NCBI GenBank assembly: GCA_024137785.1
Contig: JAHRHZ010000144.1
Coordinates: 36,482,672-36,546,671 of the forward strand
DNA from: Ginglymostoma cirratum
Taxonomy: Eukaryota
DNA length: 64,000 nucleotides
Direction of reading: 5' to 3'
The notes beneath the pieces were generated by a model. The model was not told the DNA's origin. It did no database searches and saw nothing but the letters and a program-made list of their open reading frames with translations. Positions 39,101-54,100 of the stretch are shown here, in pieces; within the stretch, counting starts at the first letter, position 1; each line of letters starts with the position of its first letter. The position numbers and the translations under genes were made by a program.

Positions 39101-42100
39101 AAAGGCAATGAGTACGTTTTCAGAGTAATGGGAGTGAACAAGTATGGAGTTGGTGAACCTTTAGAGAGTGAACCTGTAAAAGCTATCGATCCCTTCACAA
39201 TTCCTGGTGCACCAAAATCTATAGAAATAACCAATGTCACAAAGAATACCATGACTATCTGTTGGGAAAGACCTGACAGTGATGGTGGAAATCCAATTGC
39301 TGGATATATTATCGAGAAACGAGAAAAGAATGGTTTACGTTGGGTTCGAGTTACTAAGAAACCTGTGTATGATCTAAGAGTAAAAGCAACAGGACTCCGT
39401 GAAGGTGCTGATTATGAATATCGGGTACACGCAGAAAATGCTGCTGGTGTAGGTCCTCCAAGTGAACCATCAGCCTTGGTCCGTGCAGAAGATCCAGTTT
39501 TCAAACCTTCTCCACCATCTAAACCAAAAATTATTGATTCAGCAAAGACAAGTATTACTGTTAGCTGGACAAAGCCTCTGTTTGATGGTGGAGCACCAGT
39601 CACTGGATACAATGTAGAATATAAGAAGTCTGAAGACACTGAATGGACGACAGCAGTTCAGAATTTGAGAGGCACAGAATACACGGTGCTCGGTCTTACG
39701 TCTGGAGTAGAGTATGTTTTCAGTGTACGATCAATTAACAAAGTTGGTGTTAGTGATCAAAGCGAAATATCTGACCCACAGTTTGCAAAAGAAAGAGAAG
39801 AGGAACCTGCATTTGAAATTGATAATGAAATGCGCAAAACTTTAATTGTTAAAGCTGGAAGTTCCTTTACATTACCTGTACCGTTTAGAGGAAAACCTGT
39901 GCCCAATGTTATGTGGAGCAAGCCAGATGTGGACCTCCGTGTAAGAGGATGTACTGATACTACTGATTCAAGTACCTCTCTAACAATTGAAAAAGCAACA
40001 AGGAATGATGCTGGTAAATACACTGTAACATTGCAGAATGTTTTAGCTACTGCAACGCTCACACTAGCTGTCAAGGTTCTGGATTCACCTGGACCTCCTG
40101 GCCCTATTGTTGTAAAAGAAGTTACTAAGGACTCTGTAACACTGACCTGGGATGTCCCAGAAAATGAAGGTGGTGCTCCTGTGAAGAATTATCATGTAGA
40201 GAAACGTGAAGCTAGTAAGAAGGCATGGGTCACTGTAACGAGCAATTGTCAACGTCTTACCTACAAAGTAAGCGACTTACAAGAAGGTGCCATTTACTAT
40301 TTCCGAGTCCAAGGTGAAAATGAATTTGGTGTTGGTGTACCTGTTGAGAGCAAGGATGGCATTAAAATAACAGGTAATTTATCCATTTCTTACAACTTCT
40401 TCGGCTTTTTCATGATTAGTTATTGAACTATAATACCCTGATGTTCGTCACATTGTTTCAGAATGAGCAACAAATCCTTTGCAATTTTTTTTCCAATCAA
40501 CCCATTTAGAGATGTTATTACATACCTCTGGAGCAGGTGGCACTTCAACCTGGGCCTCCCAGTCCTGGGGTAGTGACTCTACTACTGCAACACAAGAGGG
40601 GAAGCACTTATGTGGCTGACCAATTTTGATGTGCAATTTGGATTATAAGAACATCTAACACCAAAAAACAAGTATTCTGTTTTTCTGTTTGTGCTCTCAA
40701 GTTGTTTCATGGTTTGAGAAAATTGCAAAGGAAATCAAAGAAACAACATATAAAATAAAAATTAGGAGAAAACATTTTGTGTAAAGTATGATGTTAACAA
40801 AGTTGTCAATTGAGGCATTGCATGAAAACTTTGGGAAAATGCATCTGACCCTGACAGGCTAAAGAGTAACATTTTATTTTGTTTTCAGAAAAGCCAAGTA
40901 CGCCTGAACGACTTGGAGTTACAAATGTCACCAAAAATAGTGTTTCACTTGCTTGGTTGAAACCAGAACACGATGGTGGCAGTAGGATCACAAACTATAT
41001 TATAGAAGCTCTCGAAAAAGGTCAACAAAAGTGGGTTAAATGTGCCGTTGTGAAGACCACACAACATGTTATACATGGTTTGAAAGAAAACGTTGACTAC
41101 TACTTCAGAGTATCTGCTGAAAACCAAGCTGGTCTCAGTGATCCAAAGGAAATGCTTCTACCAGTAACAGTTAAAGAACAACTTGGTAATTTTTATTTAT
41201 AATACAGTCATGTCATTCTGCAGTATAAACTGTCATAATTTATGTGATTACTGGAAATTTTAAACTGTGTACCTTTCTTCATTTAATAATATTTATAATT
41301 TATTCCATCAACCAAAATTGATATTTTTACTTTCAGAATCACCTGAAATCAACATGAAGAACTTTCCACGTAATACTGTATATGTCAGAGCTGGATCCAA
41401 CCTGAAATTTGAAATCCCAATAACAGGAAAGCCACAGCCAAAAGTATCTTGGTCCAAAGATGGTGTAGCTGTGAAGTCAACCCTGAGATTCAATACTGAA
41501 ATGATTGCTGAAAGCATGATTGTGAACCTGAAAGAAAGTGTTGCAAGTGACGCAGGTCGATATGACATTACTGCCGCCAACTCCAGTGGAACAACAAAAT
41601 CCTTTGTGATTATTGTCGTGCTTGACAGACCTGGACCCCCAGTGGGCCCTGTAAATATTAGTGATGTTACTGAAAGTAGTGTAACGCTGAGATGGCAACC
41701 ACCAACTTATGATGGTGGCAGTCAGGTAACAAATTACATTGTCTTGAAAAGAGAAACAAGCACTGCTGCTTGGTCAGAAGTGTCTGCTACTGCAGCAAGA
41801 AGTATAATCAAAGTCATGAAGCTGACCACTGGAGAGGAATACCAATTCCGCATCAAAGCCGAGAACCGCTTTGGAATCAGTGACCATATTGACTCCAAAT
41901 GTGTCGTAGTCAAATTGCCATACAGTAAGTAACTTGCTATGCAATAACATGAAACTGAACAGGCCAAAAAGGATCATGATTACTGTTCATTTTATCTATT
42001 AAAACAGTTAACTGTATACTAATTGTATTTTACAGCAACACCTGGACCTCCATCAACTCCTTGGGTAACTAATGTCACCAGAGAGAATATAACAGTGTGC

Positions 42101-45100
42101 TGGAATGAGCCAGTTTCTGATGGTGGCAACCAAGTGGTTGGTTATCATGTGGAAATGAAAGACAGAAACAGCATTTTGTGGCAGAAAGTTAACAAGACCA
42201 TTGTCCGTTCAACACACTTCAAGGTCACAAATATCAGTGCTGGACTTATTTATGAATTCCGTATATATGCAGAAAATGCCGCAGGTGTTGGGAAAGTCAG
42301 TCATCCTTCTGATCAAGTTCTTGCGATTGATCCTTGTGGTATGAATTAACTTAAGTCATCATTGATTTTGATCAAATATAGAATTGCTTTATTGCTAGAC
42401 TGCTCTGATATTTGCAAATACTAAGCACACTTTTCTTTCTCAGAAATTCCAACAAATCTACACGTAACAGATATTACAAAGACTTCTGTAAGCCTCAGTT
42501 GGAAAAAACCAGCTTATGATGGTGGAAGCAAGATCACTGGCTACATTGTTGAAAGACGTGATTTGCCAAATGGGAGATGGACAAAGGCCAGCTTTACAAA
42601 TGTCATTGAGACTCAGTTTACTGTCTCAGGTTTGACCCAAGATGCCCAATATGAATTCCGCATATTTGCAAAAAATGCAATTGGTTCAATAAGTAATCCA
42701 TCAGAAATTGTTGGACCCGTAACGTGTCATGATACCTTTGGTAACTATTTCCTTCTGACAATAACACCTCTACATTTGAAGATTTTCATTTGTGGTCAGC
42801 ATGTCTAATGATATCATTGTCAATCATTTGATTTGTAGGTGCACCTCAGGTTGACTTACCAATGGAGTATACAGATGTAGTCAAAGTTAAGGCTGGTTCA
42901 GCTGTAAAGCTGAATGTTGGAATCTCTGGCAAACCTCTACCTTCCATTGACTGGTTTAAAAATAATAAAGAACTTGAGACAGGTTCTCAAGTCTTTTTGG
43001 AAAGCACAACTGACTCTACAGCAGTAATAATTAAGGATGCCACTCGGATCAACAGTGGAAGCTATGAAATCAAGCTTAAAAATGCCATGGGTGCGGCATC
43101 AGGAACAATCAGACTGCTAATACTCGGTATGTAGGTGGATTGTGGTCAGTTGAAGGCTTTTCTTTCAGCTGGATGTTTTTTGCAAATTACTTGACGTATT
43201 TCTTCTGCTTTACAGACAAACCTGGACCCCCAATTGGCCCTATCCAATTCAAAACTGTTACAGCTGAGAAAATCACAATTATGTGGACTGCTCCAACAGA
43301 TGATGGTGGTGCACCGGTCACCCACTATGTTGTTGAAAAACGTGAGACAAGTCGCGTTGTATGGTCTGTTATATCAGAAACATTGGAACACAATATTATT
43401 TCAGTACGAAACATCATTAAAGGCAATGAATATGTCTTCCGTGTTCGGGCTGTCAACAAATATGGTGTTGGTGATCCACTGGAATCTGATCCTGTCATTG
43501 CCAAGAATGCATTTGGTAAGATAACAGCAATTTTTTTTTTCCTTGGATGCTCTTAATTGCTACATGAAGCATAATGTTGAATCCTTTCTTTTCAATAGTT
43601 ACACCTGGGCAGCCATCCAGGCCAGATGCCACCATGATAACAAAAGAGACAATGACAGTCACTTGGAAGAGACCCACTATTGACGGTGGTAGTGAAATCA
43701 GTGGCTATATTCTGGAAAAACGTGAGAAAAAGAGTCTGAGATGGTTTAAAGTCATGAAGGAATCTATCCGTGACACCAGGCAAAAGGTTGCTGGCCTTAC
43801 AGAAGGAAATGATTACCAGTACCGTGTGTGTGCTCTTAATGCAGCAGGAGCAGGCCCATTTTCTGATCCTTCTGACTTCTATAAAGCTGCTGATCCAATT
43901 GGTACGTAAAAGTAATGTGAAATATATTGAAATTATGTGAGCTTTAAGTAACAGGCAACATTGTTTTATGTGCTCATATGTTCAAATATTCATTTAATTT
44001 TCAGACCAACCTGGCCAACCAACTAAACTGAAGATTGTGGACAGTACTAAATCTTCCATTACTCTGGGCTGGACTAAACCTGTCTATGATGGAGGGAGCA
44101 CAATAACAAGCTATATGGTAGAAATGAGAGAAGCTGACGAAGAACAGTGGGCAGTAATTACTTCTAAGGGTGAAGTCAGAACCACAGAATATGTTGTATC
44201 CCATTTAAAACATGGCGTAAACTACTACTTCCGTGTCAGTGCTGTAAACATTGTTGGACATGGAGAACCAATTGAAATGGTAGAACCTGCACAAGCTAAA
44301 GATATACTTGGTAAGTCTATGATATTTAAAATTCATTGAACCTGTCTTTATAGCACATATGTCATAGAAATTTCCTAATATGGGTTTATATAAACATTCG
44401 TCTTCTGCAGAAGAGCCAGAGATTGATCTTGATGTTGTACTCAGGACTTCTATAACAGCAAAATCAGGTGAAGATGTAGAAATTCTGATACCTTTCAAAG
44501 GACGTCCTACTCCAACTGTTACCTGGAGAAAGGGTGAGAAAAGTATAAATATGGATGAAAGATATGTCATCCACAATACAGAATCATCAACAGTTCTCAC
44601 TATTCCTGAGATCCACCGTGAAGATGCAGGCAAGTATGTTTTGACAATCGAAAACGGTGTTGGTGAACCCAAATCAACATTCATATCTGTGAAAGTCCTT
44701 GATTCTCCTGGACCTTGTCAAAAATTGCATATTAAGCACGTAACCAGAGGCACTGTCACATTAGTTTGGGAGGCACCTCTTGTTAATGGTGGTGCTGAAA
44801 TTACCAATTATGTTATTGAAAAGAGAGATGCCACAAAGAGAGCCTGGTCCATTGTCACTAATAAATGTTCCAGCACAACATTTAAGATTGCTGGCTTGTC
44901 GGAAAAGAATGCATTCTATTTCCGAGTATTGGCAGAGAATGAAAATGGATTGGGAGAGCCATGTGAGACTTCAGAAGCAGTGAAAGCCACTGAAGTACCA
45001 GGACCAATCAAAGATCTTGCAATGCTGGACTCAACAAAGTCTTCTGTTACATTACAATGGAACAAACCTGACTATGATGGAGGTAGTTTAATTTCAGAAT

Positions 45101-48100
45101 ATGTAATTGAAAAGAAATTAAAAGAAGCACAAGAATGGTCACCTGCTGGAATTTGCAAGGTCTGTATATTTGAAATCACCAATTTAAAGGAGTTAGCAGA
45201 AATGGAATTCCGCGTTTTTGCTAAAAATGAAAAGGGATTAAGTGATGGTGTTGTTATTGGACCTATCACTGTAAAAGATTATGTCATTACACCTGAAGTA
45301 GATTTGTCTGATATACCAGGAGGACAGATTAGTGTAAGAATTGGACACAATGTACATATTGAACTCCCATACAAGGGTAAACCACAACCAACTCTTAAGT
45401 GGCAGAAGGATAATATTCCGTTGAAAGAAAGTGAACACCTCCGGTATAAGAAAACAGAAAACAAAGCTATTTTAAGTATTAAGAACATCAAGAAAGAAAA
45501 TGGTGGGAGGTACACCTTAATTCTTGATAATGCAATTTCCAGAAAAGCATACAGCTTTACTATAATCACACTGGGTCCTCCATCAAAGCCTAAAGGACCA
45601 ATTAGATTTGATGAAATTAAATCTGAAAGTGTCGTAATATCATGGGATGCTCCTGAAGATGATGGAGGAAGTGAAATTACATCCTATAGTGTTGAAAAAC
45701 GTGAAACTACACAAACCAATTGGAAACTGGTTTGTTCTAGTGTGGCCAGAAGAACATTCAAGGTTACCAAACTGGTTAAAGATTTAGAATATCAATTTAG
45801 AATTTGTGCTGAAAACAGATATGGAATGAGTCAACCTCTTACCTCAACGGCTGTTTTGGCAAAACATCAGTTCAGGCTTCCTGGTCCACCTGGAAGACCT
45901 GTTGTATACAATGTTACTTGTGATGGTATGACAATCTCATGGGATGCACCGGTATACGATGGTGGTTCCGAGGTCACCGGCTATCATGTTGAGAAGAAAG
46001 AAAGAAACAGCATATTGTGGCAAAAAGTCAATACAATGCCAATTTCTGGTAGAGATTACAGAATTTCAGGACTTATCGAGGGCCTGGACTATCAGTTCCG
46101 AGTATATTCTGAAAATTCAGTTGGATTGAGCCCTGCGAGTGAACCAAGCAAATACACTTTGGCTGTCTCACCAGTTGGTAAGTAATATATTCCTGAAAAG
46201 TATTATACTGAAGTCATTCATATGCTTAATTCTACTTGTGTAAGAACATAAAAGCCAATATTGACTATTTGTATACTTTGTCAGATCCACCTGGTACACC
46301 GGACTATATTGATGTGACAAGGGAAACTGTAACACTTAAGTGGGATCCACCGCAACGTGATGGTGGAAGCAAGATAGTGGCCTATAGTGTTGAAAAACGA
46401 CAAGGAGGTGGACGTTGGCTGCGATGCAACTTTATTGATGTTACTGAATGCCAATACACAGTTTCGGGTCTTAGCCCTGGTGATCGTTATGAATTCCGCA
46501 TAATTGCAAGGAATGCAGTTGGAACAGTCAGCCCACCATCTCAATCATCAGGACACATCATGACTAGAGATGAAAGCAGTAAGTACTAAATAAGAAGCAC
46601 TTGTGTGATGTGTGGCATTGTAGATAATTGTTATGTCATTGAAGTATTAACTTGGTACTTACTCAAAACTTTCTTTCACAGTACCGCCATCAATTGAATT
46701 TGGTGCTGAACACTTTGAAGGCTTGACTGTAAAAGCCGGTGACAGCATTCGGCTCAAGGTGCAAATTAAAGGTCGTCCTGTACCGCAGGTGACCTGGTAC
46801 AAAGATGGAAAGGAAATTGACAAGAAATTGATGGTAGATATAACAAATGTTATTGGGTCCAGTTCACTCTTTGTTAGAGACAGCAGTCGAGATCATCGTG
46901 GTATATATACTGTGGAAGCGAAGAATGCTTCAGGCACCAAGACAGCTGATATTCATATCAGAGTTCAAGGTATTTGGAAAAACCTAACTTTTGAACTAGT
47001 TTATTTTTTTCAGTTGTTTGTACACTATTCTTAAGGATATGCATATTTTAATTCTTGTTGAATCATTTGCTTATCACTAACAATTCTGATTTTACTTAGA
47101 TACTCCTGGACCACCAATTGGACCTATTCGATTTAGCAACATTACTGGCGAGAAACTTACGTTGTGGTGGATTCCCCCAGATAATGATGGCTGTGCTGTC
47201 ATTACTCACTATGTGATTGAGAAACGAGAGACAAGTCGACTTGCTTGGGCATTGGTCAGTGATACCTGTGAAGCCTGCTCATTTACTGTCACCAAGCTGA
47301 TTAAGGGGAATGAGTACCAGTTCCGTATCTCAGCTGTCAACAAGTTTGGTACTGGCAGACCCATAGACTCAGAGCCGGTTATTGCACAGATACCGTACAG
47401 TATGTGTATTTCAATGTTTATAATCTATAGCTGATAAGACTTTTCTTTTGTGAAACATTTACTAGTTACAACTTGTCAGACCAGTCCTTATTCAGGAACT
47501 TCTTTTCTCGTTTGTTTCACAGCTGTACCTGATGAACCTGGTACTCCAGAACCAACTAATGTTACAGGAGAAACTATCACCCTTACATGGGCAAGACCAA
47601 GATCAGATGGAGGAAGTGAAATTAACCACTACATCCTTGAACGACGTGAGAAAAAGAGTATGCGATGGGTCAGAGTTACTAGCAAGAGACCCATTACTGA
47701 AACCAGATTCAAAGTACCTAACCTCCTGGAAGGGAATGAATATGAATTCCGCGTAATGGCTGAAAATAATGCTGGAGTCAGTCCCCCAAGTGCTGTGTCC
47801 AGACTTATTAAATGTAGAGACCCAGTTAATCCACCAAGCGCTCCTACAGTTGTGAGAGTCACAGATACAACAAAGACATCTGTTAGTTTGGAATGGACTC
47901 AGCCTGTGTTTGATGGTGGCATGGAAATTATTGGCTATATAATTGAAAAGTGCAAGGCTAGTCTGGAAGATTGGCGTAAGGTCAATGTAGAAGCATGTGT
48001 CAATACCAAGTACACAGTCACTGACCTGGAGCCTGGTGAAGAATATAAATTCCGTGTCTGTGCTGTTAATGGTGCAGGAAAAGGAGAAAGCTGCGAAGTT

Positions 48101-51100
48101 TCTGCTCCAGTACAAGCTATAGACAGGTTAACCGCACCTGAAATTGATATCGATGCTAGTTTCAAACAAATACATATTGTTAGAGCCGGTGAAACAATTC
48201 AGTTGCATGTCGCCTTCCAAGGTAGACCAGTTCCTGTTGCCACTTGGAAAAAGGCAGATTCTACGATTGGGATACACGTTGACATTAATACAACAGAAAC
48301 AAGCAGCGTATTAATGGTGGAGAATTGCAACAGGTACGATGCTGGAAAATATACCCTTACTCTGGAAAACAGCAATGGCAGCAAATCAATTACATTTACC
48401 GTTAAGGTACAAGACACTCCTGGTCCACCGGGACCAATTACTTTCAAAGAAGTTACGAGAGGTTCGATTACGTTAATGTGGGATGCTCCTATTCATGATG
48501 GAGGTTCACGAATTCATCATTATGTTGTGGAGAAGCGTGAAGCCAGTCGGCGTAGCTGGCAAGAAATCAGTGGAAAGTGCACTCGGCAGATCTTCAAGGC
48601 ACAAGAACTTGCAGAAGGAGTACCATATTTCTTCCGTGTGATGGCAGTAAACGAATTTGGTATTGGTGAGCCAAATGAAATGACAGAACCCATTGTCGCC
48701 ACTGAAGAGCCAGCACCACCTAAGAGACTCGACATTGTTGACACAGGTAGAACCTTCGCTGTCTTGGCTTGGTTGAAACCAGAGCATGATGGTGGCAGTC
48801 ATATTACCAGTTATCTAGTGGAGATGAAGCAGAAAGATTCAGATCATTGGGTTGAAGATGGCCATACCAAAAACCTTACTCTCACAGTTGATGGACTGGT
48901 TGAAAATACAGAGTATGAGTTCCGTGTCAGAGCAAAGAATGACGCTGGCTACAGTGAACCAAGGGAGGCATTTTCTTCTGTTATTATTAAGGAACCACAG
49001 ATAGAGCCTAAAGCAGATTTATCTGGTATCGCTAATCAACTGATTACATGCAAAACAGGAAGTACCTTTACTATCGATGTGCCTATTAGTGGACGTCCTG
49101 CTCCTAAGGTTATGTGGAAGCTTGAGGAGATGAGACTTAAGGAAACAGATAGAGTTACTATCAAAACCACAAAAGAGAGAAGTACACTGACAGTGAAGGA
49201 TGCAATGAGAGGTGACTCTGGAAGATATTATTTAACACTTGAAAACACAGCAGGAGTCAAGACCTTTACCGTAACTGTTAATGTCATTGGTCGGCCGGGC
49301 CCAGTTACTGGTCCCATAGCCATCTCATCCGTTTCTGCAGAGTCATGTGTATTGTCATGGAGAGAACCTGAAGATGATGGTGGCAGTGAAATCTCCAACT
49401 ACATTGTAGAAAAGCGTGAGTCTGGTACTACTGTATGGCAGCTCATCAATTCCAGTGTGAAACGGACTCAAATTAAAGTTACTCACTTGACAAAGTATAT
49501 GGAATACAGCTTCCGCGTCTGTTCGGAAAACAGATTTGGTGTCAGCAAGCCATTGGAATCATTGCCTGTGGTTGCTGAACATCCATTTGGTAAGTAAAAT
49601 ATATAAACTCTTAAATCGTAACGCAAACATATAAAATTACTGTAAAAGAATGAAACCTGAGAAACTCACAAATTGCTTTTGTTTTGTATATAATGTAGTT
49701 CCACCAAGTCCACCAACCAGGCCAGAAGTATATTTTGTATCTGCCAATGCAATGTCTATTCGATGGGAAGAGCCATATCATGATGGTGGCAGCAAAGTTA
49801 CAGGGTACTGGATTGAAAAGAAAGAACGTAACAGCATTCTCTGGGTGAAAGAAAACAAAATACCATGCATCGATTGCCATTACAAAATTTCTACTCTAGT
49901 GGAAGGTTTGGAGTACCAGTTCAGAACTTATGCAATGAATGCTGCTGGCTTGAGCAAAGCTAGTGAAGCTTCTAGACTAGTAATGGCTCAGAATCCTGTT
50001 GGTAAGTACATTCATAAGTGTAAGAAAAGAGATTATATGTTTTGCAATTATTGCTGTCTCTTTTGCAAATAGCTACAAATTAAAAGTTAACTTTATTTTT
50101 GTTTGAATTTATAAAGATCCTCCAGGTCAACCAGAAGTAACAGATGTTAGCAGGACTTCAGTTTCAATAAAATGGACTGCACCGGTGTATGATGGTGGAA
50201 GTAATATTGTTGGATACATCGTGGAACGCAAGCCATATAATGAAACTGGAGATGGTCGCTGGCTTAAGTGCAACTACACCTCTATCTCGGATACCTTCTA
50301 CACTATTTCAGGACTTAGTGATGCCGAAGTGTATGAATTCCGTGTTTTAGCCAAGAATGCAAGTGGAGTAATTAGTATGCCATCTGAATCCACAGGACCT
50401 GTCACTTGTAAAGATGAATATGGTATGTTAAAGTCAGAAATACATCAGAGACTTATTAATGGTTTAGATCTCTTTATGAAGCAAAGTAAGTCATTTTTTT
50501 AAACATTACTTTTTTTTGTTTGTATTTACAGTACCACCCAAGGCTGAACTAGACAGCAGGCTACTTGGTGACATGATAACTATAAGAGCTGGGTCGGACC
50601 TGGTGCTTGATGCTTTCATTGGTGGGAAACCTGACCCTAAGGTCTATTGGTCAAAGGGAGATAAAGAACTGGAGCTTTGCGAGAAGATCTCTCTTCAGTA
50701 CACTAACAAGCGTGCTGTTGCCATTATCAAGCTCTGTGACAGAAATGACACTGGAAGATATACACTAACTGTGAAAAATCCAAGTGGAACTAAGACTGTG
50801 TCTGTAAATGTCAAAGTGCTTGGTAGGTTTTCTGTTACAAAATATTGTGAATACTTTTGGAAATGCACTTTAAATTAAAAGTTGTTTGCAGGTTATCTTG
50901 TGTCATAACGTTTTGTTTCAAACTCTGTTAGATTCGCCTGGTCCATGTGATGGTCCACTTACCATTAGTAGACTAACTGAAGAGAAATGCACTTTGTCAT
51001 GGAATATGCCTTTGGAAGATGGAGGAGCAGCAGTTACACACTATATTGTTGAGAGGCGTGAGACTAGCAGACTTAACTGGGTGATCGTTGAAGCTGAGTG

Positions 51101-54100
51101 CAGTTCTCTTTCTGCTGTTGTTACAAGACTTATAAAGAATAATGAATACATTTTTAGAGTAAGGGCTGTTAACAAGTATGGACCTGGTGTACCACGGGAG
51201 TCTGAGCCTGCCATAGCCAGAAATACATTCAGTGAGTACTATTTGATACATTTCTTTTATACTTCAAAATATTATTGTTTATTAAATTAATATGGCTAAT
51301 AAGTTACTAAATAAATCTAACACACTTTAATTTGTTAATAGCGATTCCATCACCACCCGGTGAACCAGAAGTCGTTGCAGTTGGAAAAGAGCATATTATT
51401 ATCCAGTGGTTGAAACCTGAAACTGATGGTGGAGCTGAAATTAGTAACTACCTTGTGGATAAACGTGAAAAACGAAGTGTGCGTTGGACTCGAGTGAACA
51501 AAGATTTTACTGTTTATGATACAAGACTCAAAGTTACAAATCTAATGGAGACTTGTGAATACCAGTTCCGTGTTACAGCAGTAAATGCAGCTGGTAACAG
51601 TGAGCCCAGTGGATCATCAAGTTATATTCTATGCAAAGAACCAACGTGTAAGCATTAGATTTTAAATTAATATTTTAAGGTTCCTTACAATTGAGACTAT
51701 ACAAATATTTATGAGGTTTATCTTTTGAAATTCAATACAGATACACCTGCCCCGCCTTCAGCACCAAGAGTTGTTGATTCAACTAAACATAGCATTAGCC
51801 TAGCATGGACAAAACCCATGTATGATGGAGGTTCTGACATCATCGGCTATGTTCTTGAAATGAAAGAGGAAGCCGTAGAACAGTGGTACAGAGCACATAC
51901 TACAGCCAACATAAGAAACACTGAATATACCATTACAGGTCTTACAACTAACAGAAAGTACTGTTTCAGAGTTGCTTCTGTCAACATTAATGGAATGAGT
52001 GATTTCAGTGAATCATCTGCTGAAATTGAACCAGAAGAAAGATTAGGTTTGTAGCATGTATATAGGCAATTCATTTGATTTTGCAAATTTTTACATTTCT
52101 CCGAGAGGATTTCTAATGTTTGAATAAAATGTGCATGTGTGTACTGAAAACGTATCAGCATTGAATTGTAACTGAAGACCAATCTAAAACTTAAATACCT
52201 AAAATCCTAAGAAATATGGTCAGTGAGATTTTCATTGTTGTTACATTTTTGATGGTTTTATCTGTGGAAGATCTTGTTTATCATCTCTTTTCCACCCTAT
52301 GTTTAAATTTTCTAGAAATTCCAGACCTTGAGCTTGCAGACGATCTCAAAAAGACTGTTACAGTTAGAGCTGGTGGTTCTCTCCGCTTAATGGTTTCAGT
52401 CACTGGCAGACCTACTCCCGTGCTAACCTGGAGTAAACCTGGTGTTGACCTGCGCCATCGTGGTATTATTGATGTAACAGATTCTTACACACTGCTGGTA
52501 GTTGACAAGGTCAATCGCTATGATGCTGGAAAATACACCATTGAGGCTGAAAATCCCTCTGGCAAAAAGTCAGCAACCATAGTTGTCAAAGTATATGGTA
52601 TGTGGAAAAATAATGCTTTAAATCTTTTTTTCCTGTTGTCACTGTAGGCTTTTTATAGCATACAAACAAAATACTACAAAATAAAATATCTGCTCTATTC
52701 TCAGATACACCTGGCCCCCCTGCTGCTGTTAATGTGAAGGAAGTCTCAAGAGATTCTGTTATTATCACATGGGATGTTCCAACAATTGACGGTGGAGCAC
52801 CAGTAAACAATTACATAATCGAGAGACGTGAAGCTGCGATGAGAGCATTCAAGACTGTGACAGTTAAATGCAGCAAAACAATTTATAGAATAACTGGACT
52901 TACTGAGGGGACAATGTATTATTTTAGAGTTTTCCCTGAAAATATGTACGGTATCGGTGAGCCATGTGAAACTGCTGATGCGGTGCTTGTCTCGGAAGTT
53001 CCTATGGTTCCACAGAAATTGGATGTAATTGACGTCACAAAATCTACAGTCACTCTGGCCTGGGAAAAACCACTGCATGATGGAGGCAGCAGACTGACTG
53101 GTTATGTTATTGAAGCATGCAAAGCTGGCACAGAAAGGTGGATGAAAGTTGCAACTCTCAAACACACAGTTTTTGAACATACTATACTCTCTCTCAATGA
53201 GTCTGAACAGTACCTGTTCAGAGTTAGAGCCCAGAATGAAAAGGGTATCAGTGAGCCAAGAGAGATTGTAACTGCTGTCACTGTACAGGACCAGAGAGGT
53301 ATGTGTAAGTTTAAAATGATTTTTAGTGTCTATATTGTAGTTAAAAATAACAAGCATTAATATGCGATCATGTATTTTAAGTGTAAAAACAGTTTTACTA
53401 AACAGAGTTCTGATTTTTATTTTCCTTCTTACAGTGGTACCAAGCATTGATTTGGCTGGCATACCTCAAAAGACATTCATTGTAAGTGCTGGCAGGCCTA
53501 TTGAACTATCTATTCCAATTAGTGGCCGTCCACCTCCTGCTGTTTCATGGTATTTTGAGGGAACGAAACTAAAAGAAAATGACCGCACGACCATAGAAAG
53601 ACTGGCCAAAGTAGTTAATCTTTCTATACGTGAAACCACCATAGATGATACTGGAGACTACGTGCTTGAGGCAAAAAATGTTGCTGGTACAGCTACTGAA
53701 ACCATCAAAGTAATCATTCTAGGTAAGTATTTCTCACAACATCTCTTTAAAAAGAAAACAATTACGCTAGTGTCCTATTTTGACCATTTTTCATGTCGTA
53801 GATGGTTGTCATTTATACTAGTGTACTGTTTGTGGTGCTATAATCATTTTGCAAGTCTTGGGTAACTGTATTAATCTACTCTCAGATAAACCAGGACAAC
53901 CTGCAGGCTCAATCCGAATTGATGCAATCGATGCCACTACAGTCACCATCAGTTGGGATCCCCCAGAGAAAGATGGTGGTGCTGCCATTAGCGGTTATGT
54001 AGTAGAACAACGTGATGCTCATCGCCCAGGCTGGCTTCCAGTGTCCGAATCTGTTACTAGGAACACATTCAAGTTTACTCGATTAACTGAAGGCAGTGAA

